The translations under genes were made by a program, and so were the position numbers. Below are positions 30,739-32,000 of a stretch of DNA of 32,000 nucleotides, piece by piece (positions within the stretch are counted from its first letter, which is position 1; the number at the start of each line of letters is the position of its first letter). The notes beneath the pieces are model-generated. The model made no database searches. It was not told the origin of the DNA and saw only the letters and a program-made list of their open reading frames with translations. Origin of the DNA: Xylanibacter ruminicola 23 (GTDB lineage Bacteria; Bacteroidota; Bacteroidia; Bacteroidales; Bacteroidaceae); contig NC_014033.1 in NCBI RefSeq assembly GCF_000025925.1, positions 3,450,001-3,482,000 on the forward strand. Direction: 5' to 3'.

Positions 30739-30766
30739 ATGTAAAAATGCAAAAATGTAAAAATTG
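30739..30766. repeat. Tandem 8-nt repeats (atgtaaaa/atgcaaaa/atgtaaaa), inverted partner of 12415-12437
   Basis: It matches the reverse complement of 12415-12437 at 22 of 23 positions. It lies between the HU stop and the smalltalk start. Confidence 0.8.
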
Positions 30767-30770
30767 AGTT

Positions 30771-30872
30771 ATGAGTAAGAAAGAAACGATTAAGTTTGTG
30801 GCGCAGCTGATAGCATCGATTGCTACGGCAATCATCACGGCGCTGGGCACAACCTCGTGCATGGGGTATTGA
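30771..30872 (+). CDS. 'Smalltalk'-type small hydrophobic protein (33 aa), below the ORF-track cut-off
   Basis: My hand translation is MSKKETIKFVAQLIASIATAIITALGTTSCMGY*. The sequence and its position directly after the HU-like gene match the Bacteroidales small-protein family annotated as smalltalk. Confidence 0.6.
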   Translation: MSKKETIKFVAQLIASIATAIITALGTTSCMGY

Positions 30873-30903
30873 GCAAAAACAGGGGCCGAAAAGCGAATGG
30901 CTT

Positions 30904-30943
30904 GGGGAGGGGAAACCGATGTTTCTCCTTCCCTGTTTTTTTT
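30904..30943 (+). terminator. Intrinsic terminator (bidirectional position)
   Basis: ggggaggggaaac (30904-30916) pairs with gtttctccttccc (30921-30933), including G-U pairs. It is followed by T8. It abuts the stop of the convergent response regulator gene. Confidence 0.7.
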
Positions 30944-31583
30944 AGATGTAAAACTCTGAAGGGTCGACCAGTCCGGCACGGATGGCATACTTAATGAGTT
31001 CGTGGGCTGTGTTGATGCCCAGTTTGCGGAAGATATTCTTGCGGTGGGTGGTGATGGTGTGGATGCTCGAAAAACGCTCTTCGGCAATCTCCTTGGTGGT
31101 TTTACCTTGGGCGATGGCTTTTACGATTTCGGCTTCGGTGGCGGTTAGAATGTCAGGCTTTTCCTCGTCGTTCTGCTGTGAGATAATCACTTCGAGCGCA
31201 CGCTGACTGATAAAACGCTGATGGTGACTTACAGCGTGCAGGGCATCGCGCACGTCCTTCATCGGTCCGTCCTTAAATACTATGCTGAACTGATGCGATG
31301 AATAGATGACGCGACGCAGGAATTGAGGCGTCAGCTCATCGCTGATGAGCAGCCATTGCGATAAGGCAAAGCGTTCGCTTACAATCAGCAACTGGTCTTC
31401 GTCGGCAAAATCAAACAGGGTATAGTCGAGTATCACCACAGCATGCTCGTGCTCCTTTAGCTTGGCAACCAGACTTGTTTTGTCTGATGCTCGGTATATC
31501 TGGTTCTCGTCGTTCTGCTTGAGCAGACTTTCGATTGCAAACCTTGTTATTTCCTGATTATCTGCTATTATATACTTTGCCAT
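30942..31583 (-). CDS. NarL/FixJ (LuxR-type HTH) response regulator, orphan
   Basis: The receiver-like N-terminus has IIADNQEITR and VVILDY. The C-terminal LuxR HTH is GKTTKEIAEERFSSIHTITTHRKNIFRKLG. The start is set at ATG 31583, and a -7 box lies at 31604-31611. Confidence 0.8.
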   Translation of the reverse strand: MAKYIIADNQEITRFAIESLLKQNDENQIYRASDKTSLVAKLKEHEHAVVILDYTLFDFADEDQLLIVSERFALSQWLLISDELTPQFLRRVIYSSHQFSIVFKDGPMKDVRDALHAVSHHQRFISQRALEVIISQQNDEEKPDILTATEAEIVKAIAQGKTTKEIAEERFSSIHTITTHRKNIFRKLGINTAHELIKYAIRAGLVDPSEFYI

Positions 31584-31603
31584 AACTGTTCCGATTTTGG
31601 GTG

Positions 31604-31611
31604 CAAAGATA
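31604..31611 (-). promoter_or_regulatory. -7 promoter box (TATCTTTG on the minus strand)
   Basis: The plus strand reads caaagata, 21 nt upstream of ATG 31583. Confidence 0.5.
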
Positions 31612-31713
31612 CAAAGAATAGATATAACCTCCAAATATCTGGCGATATTTAGATAATATATCTATAAACGTGGCGTTAATTGATGTTTTTTGCTGGATTC
31701 GAAGCCTGTTTGC

Positions 31714-32000
31714 CTATTTCGTAGAATAATATTCTATATCTTCTATCACCAGACCTGCCAACATAAAACCAAAGATAGCGGTGATATGAGCAAGCGTACC
31801 ATTGATCTGGGCTTTAGAAGAGCACCACTCGTGGTTCAACAGACTCTTGTCGCCTGGACCATTCTGGGCTTTGGGGCACATGCACTTCTCGGTGCCACAG
31901 GTGGCATTATGCCCCCGGTTCTCCAGTAGCTCGTCGCTATAAACGCACTGGAACTTTCGCTTAGGGAATTGCTTCTGCGACTTGAATTTCTTTCTAAGTG
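31714..32000 (-). CDS. 3' part of an ORF whose start lies beyond the window end (Cys-rich segment plus a hydrophobic C-terminus); product unknown
   Basis: My hand translation of the minus strand is ...KKFKSQKQFPKRKFQCVYSDELLENRGHNATCGTEKCMCPKAQNGPGDKSLLNHEWCSSKAQINGTLAHITAIFGFMLAGLVIEDIEYYSTK*. It is open to the window edge. It is absent from the track because no start lies in the window. Confidence 0.4.
   Translation of the reverse strand, partial: LRKKFKSQKQFPKRKFQCVYSDELLENRGHNATCGTEKCMCPKAQNGPGDKSLLNHEWCSSKAQINGTLAHITAIFGFMLAGLVIEDIEYYSTK

Noticed and set aside
30704-31087. 127-aa minus-strand ORF
   Set aside because: It overlaps the smalltalk ORF, a strong terminator hairpin and the 3' end of the response regulator gene in another frame.
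31690-31929. 79-aa plus-strand track ORF
   Set aside because: It is antisense to a longer minus-strand frame that stays open to the window edge, and that minus-strand frame is the more plausible gene.
1-32000. CRISPR arrays, tRNA/rRNA genes, transposases, integrases and reverse transcriptase (retron or DGR)
   Set aside because: - The only short tandem repeats (21 nt x4, 30 nt x2, 8 nt x4-5) have no spacer structure and too few units for CRISPR.
- I found no cloverleaf-like or rRNA-like sequence.
- No ORF shows DDE, tyrosine-recombinase or serine-recombinase motifs, or RT motifs.
- This is a by-eye assessment. tRNAscan-SE, Infernal and HMM scans should confirm it.

Overview
Bacteroidales-type chromosomal DNA. 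The evidence is TAnnTTTG -7 promoter boxes ahead of almost every transcription unit, no Shine-Dalgarno sequences, lipobox lipoproteins, and an HU plus 'smalltalk' gene pair. A Prevotella/Bacteroides-like origin is inference only.

**Positions 1-12 kb (GC-rich core genes)**
- A candidate small RNA unit sits behind a 4x 21-nt repeat array.
- A cobalamin riboswitch precedes a degenerate flavodoxin-like gene.
- A long minus-strand iron-limitation cluster encodes porin, imelysin, a di-haem DUF1111 protein, CcsA, DUF2023 and flavodoxin.
- A beta-helix lipoprotein is followed by a LytS/LytTR-type two-component system.

**Positions 11.9-18.4 kb (minus strand, mobile-element-like module)**
- It runs from a truncated excisionase-like stub to a translationally coupled three-gene operon of unknown function.
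- These are followed by two small ORFs, a VirE_N/BT4734-like primase-type protein and a DUF5675 protein.

**Positions 18.1-28.1 kb (the most interesting part)**
- This is a visibly AT-rich island with every gene on the plus strand, bracketed by 96-nt direct repeats. No recombinase lies inside it.
- It opens with a WYL (BrxR/CapW-like) regulator coupled to a DEDDh exonuclease.
- A RhuM-Fic/Doc fusion follows.
- Next come uncharacterised cassettes, each with its own hairpin-plus-promoter module.
- One cassette is a three-gene operon with a nucleoside-2-deoxyribosyltransferase-like protein and a possible UDG-fold protein.
- A second cassette is a DnaB C-terminal-domain-only ATPase.
- A third is a five-gene operon starting with a small membrane protein and containing two paralog families.

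**Positions 28.1-32.0 kb**
- A DUF1016/YhcG PDDEXK nuclease gene is flanked by a 14-nt direct repeat.
- After it come a repeat-rich non-coding stretch, the HU and 'smalltalk' genes, and an orphan LuxR-type response regulator.
- Short inverted repeats link this region to the 12.4 kb junction.

I recognised no rRNA, tRNA, CRISPR array, transposase or integrase. All homology statements come from motif recognition by eye and need HMM or structure searches.
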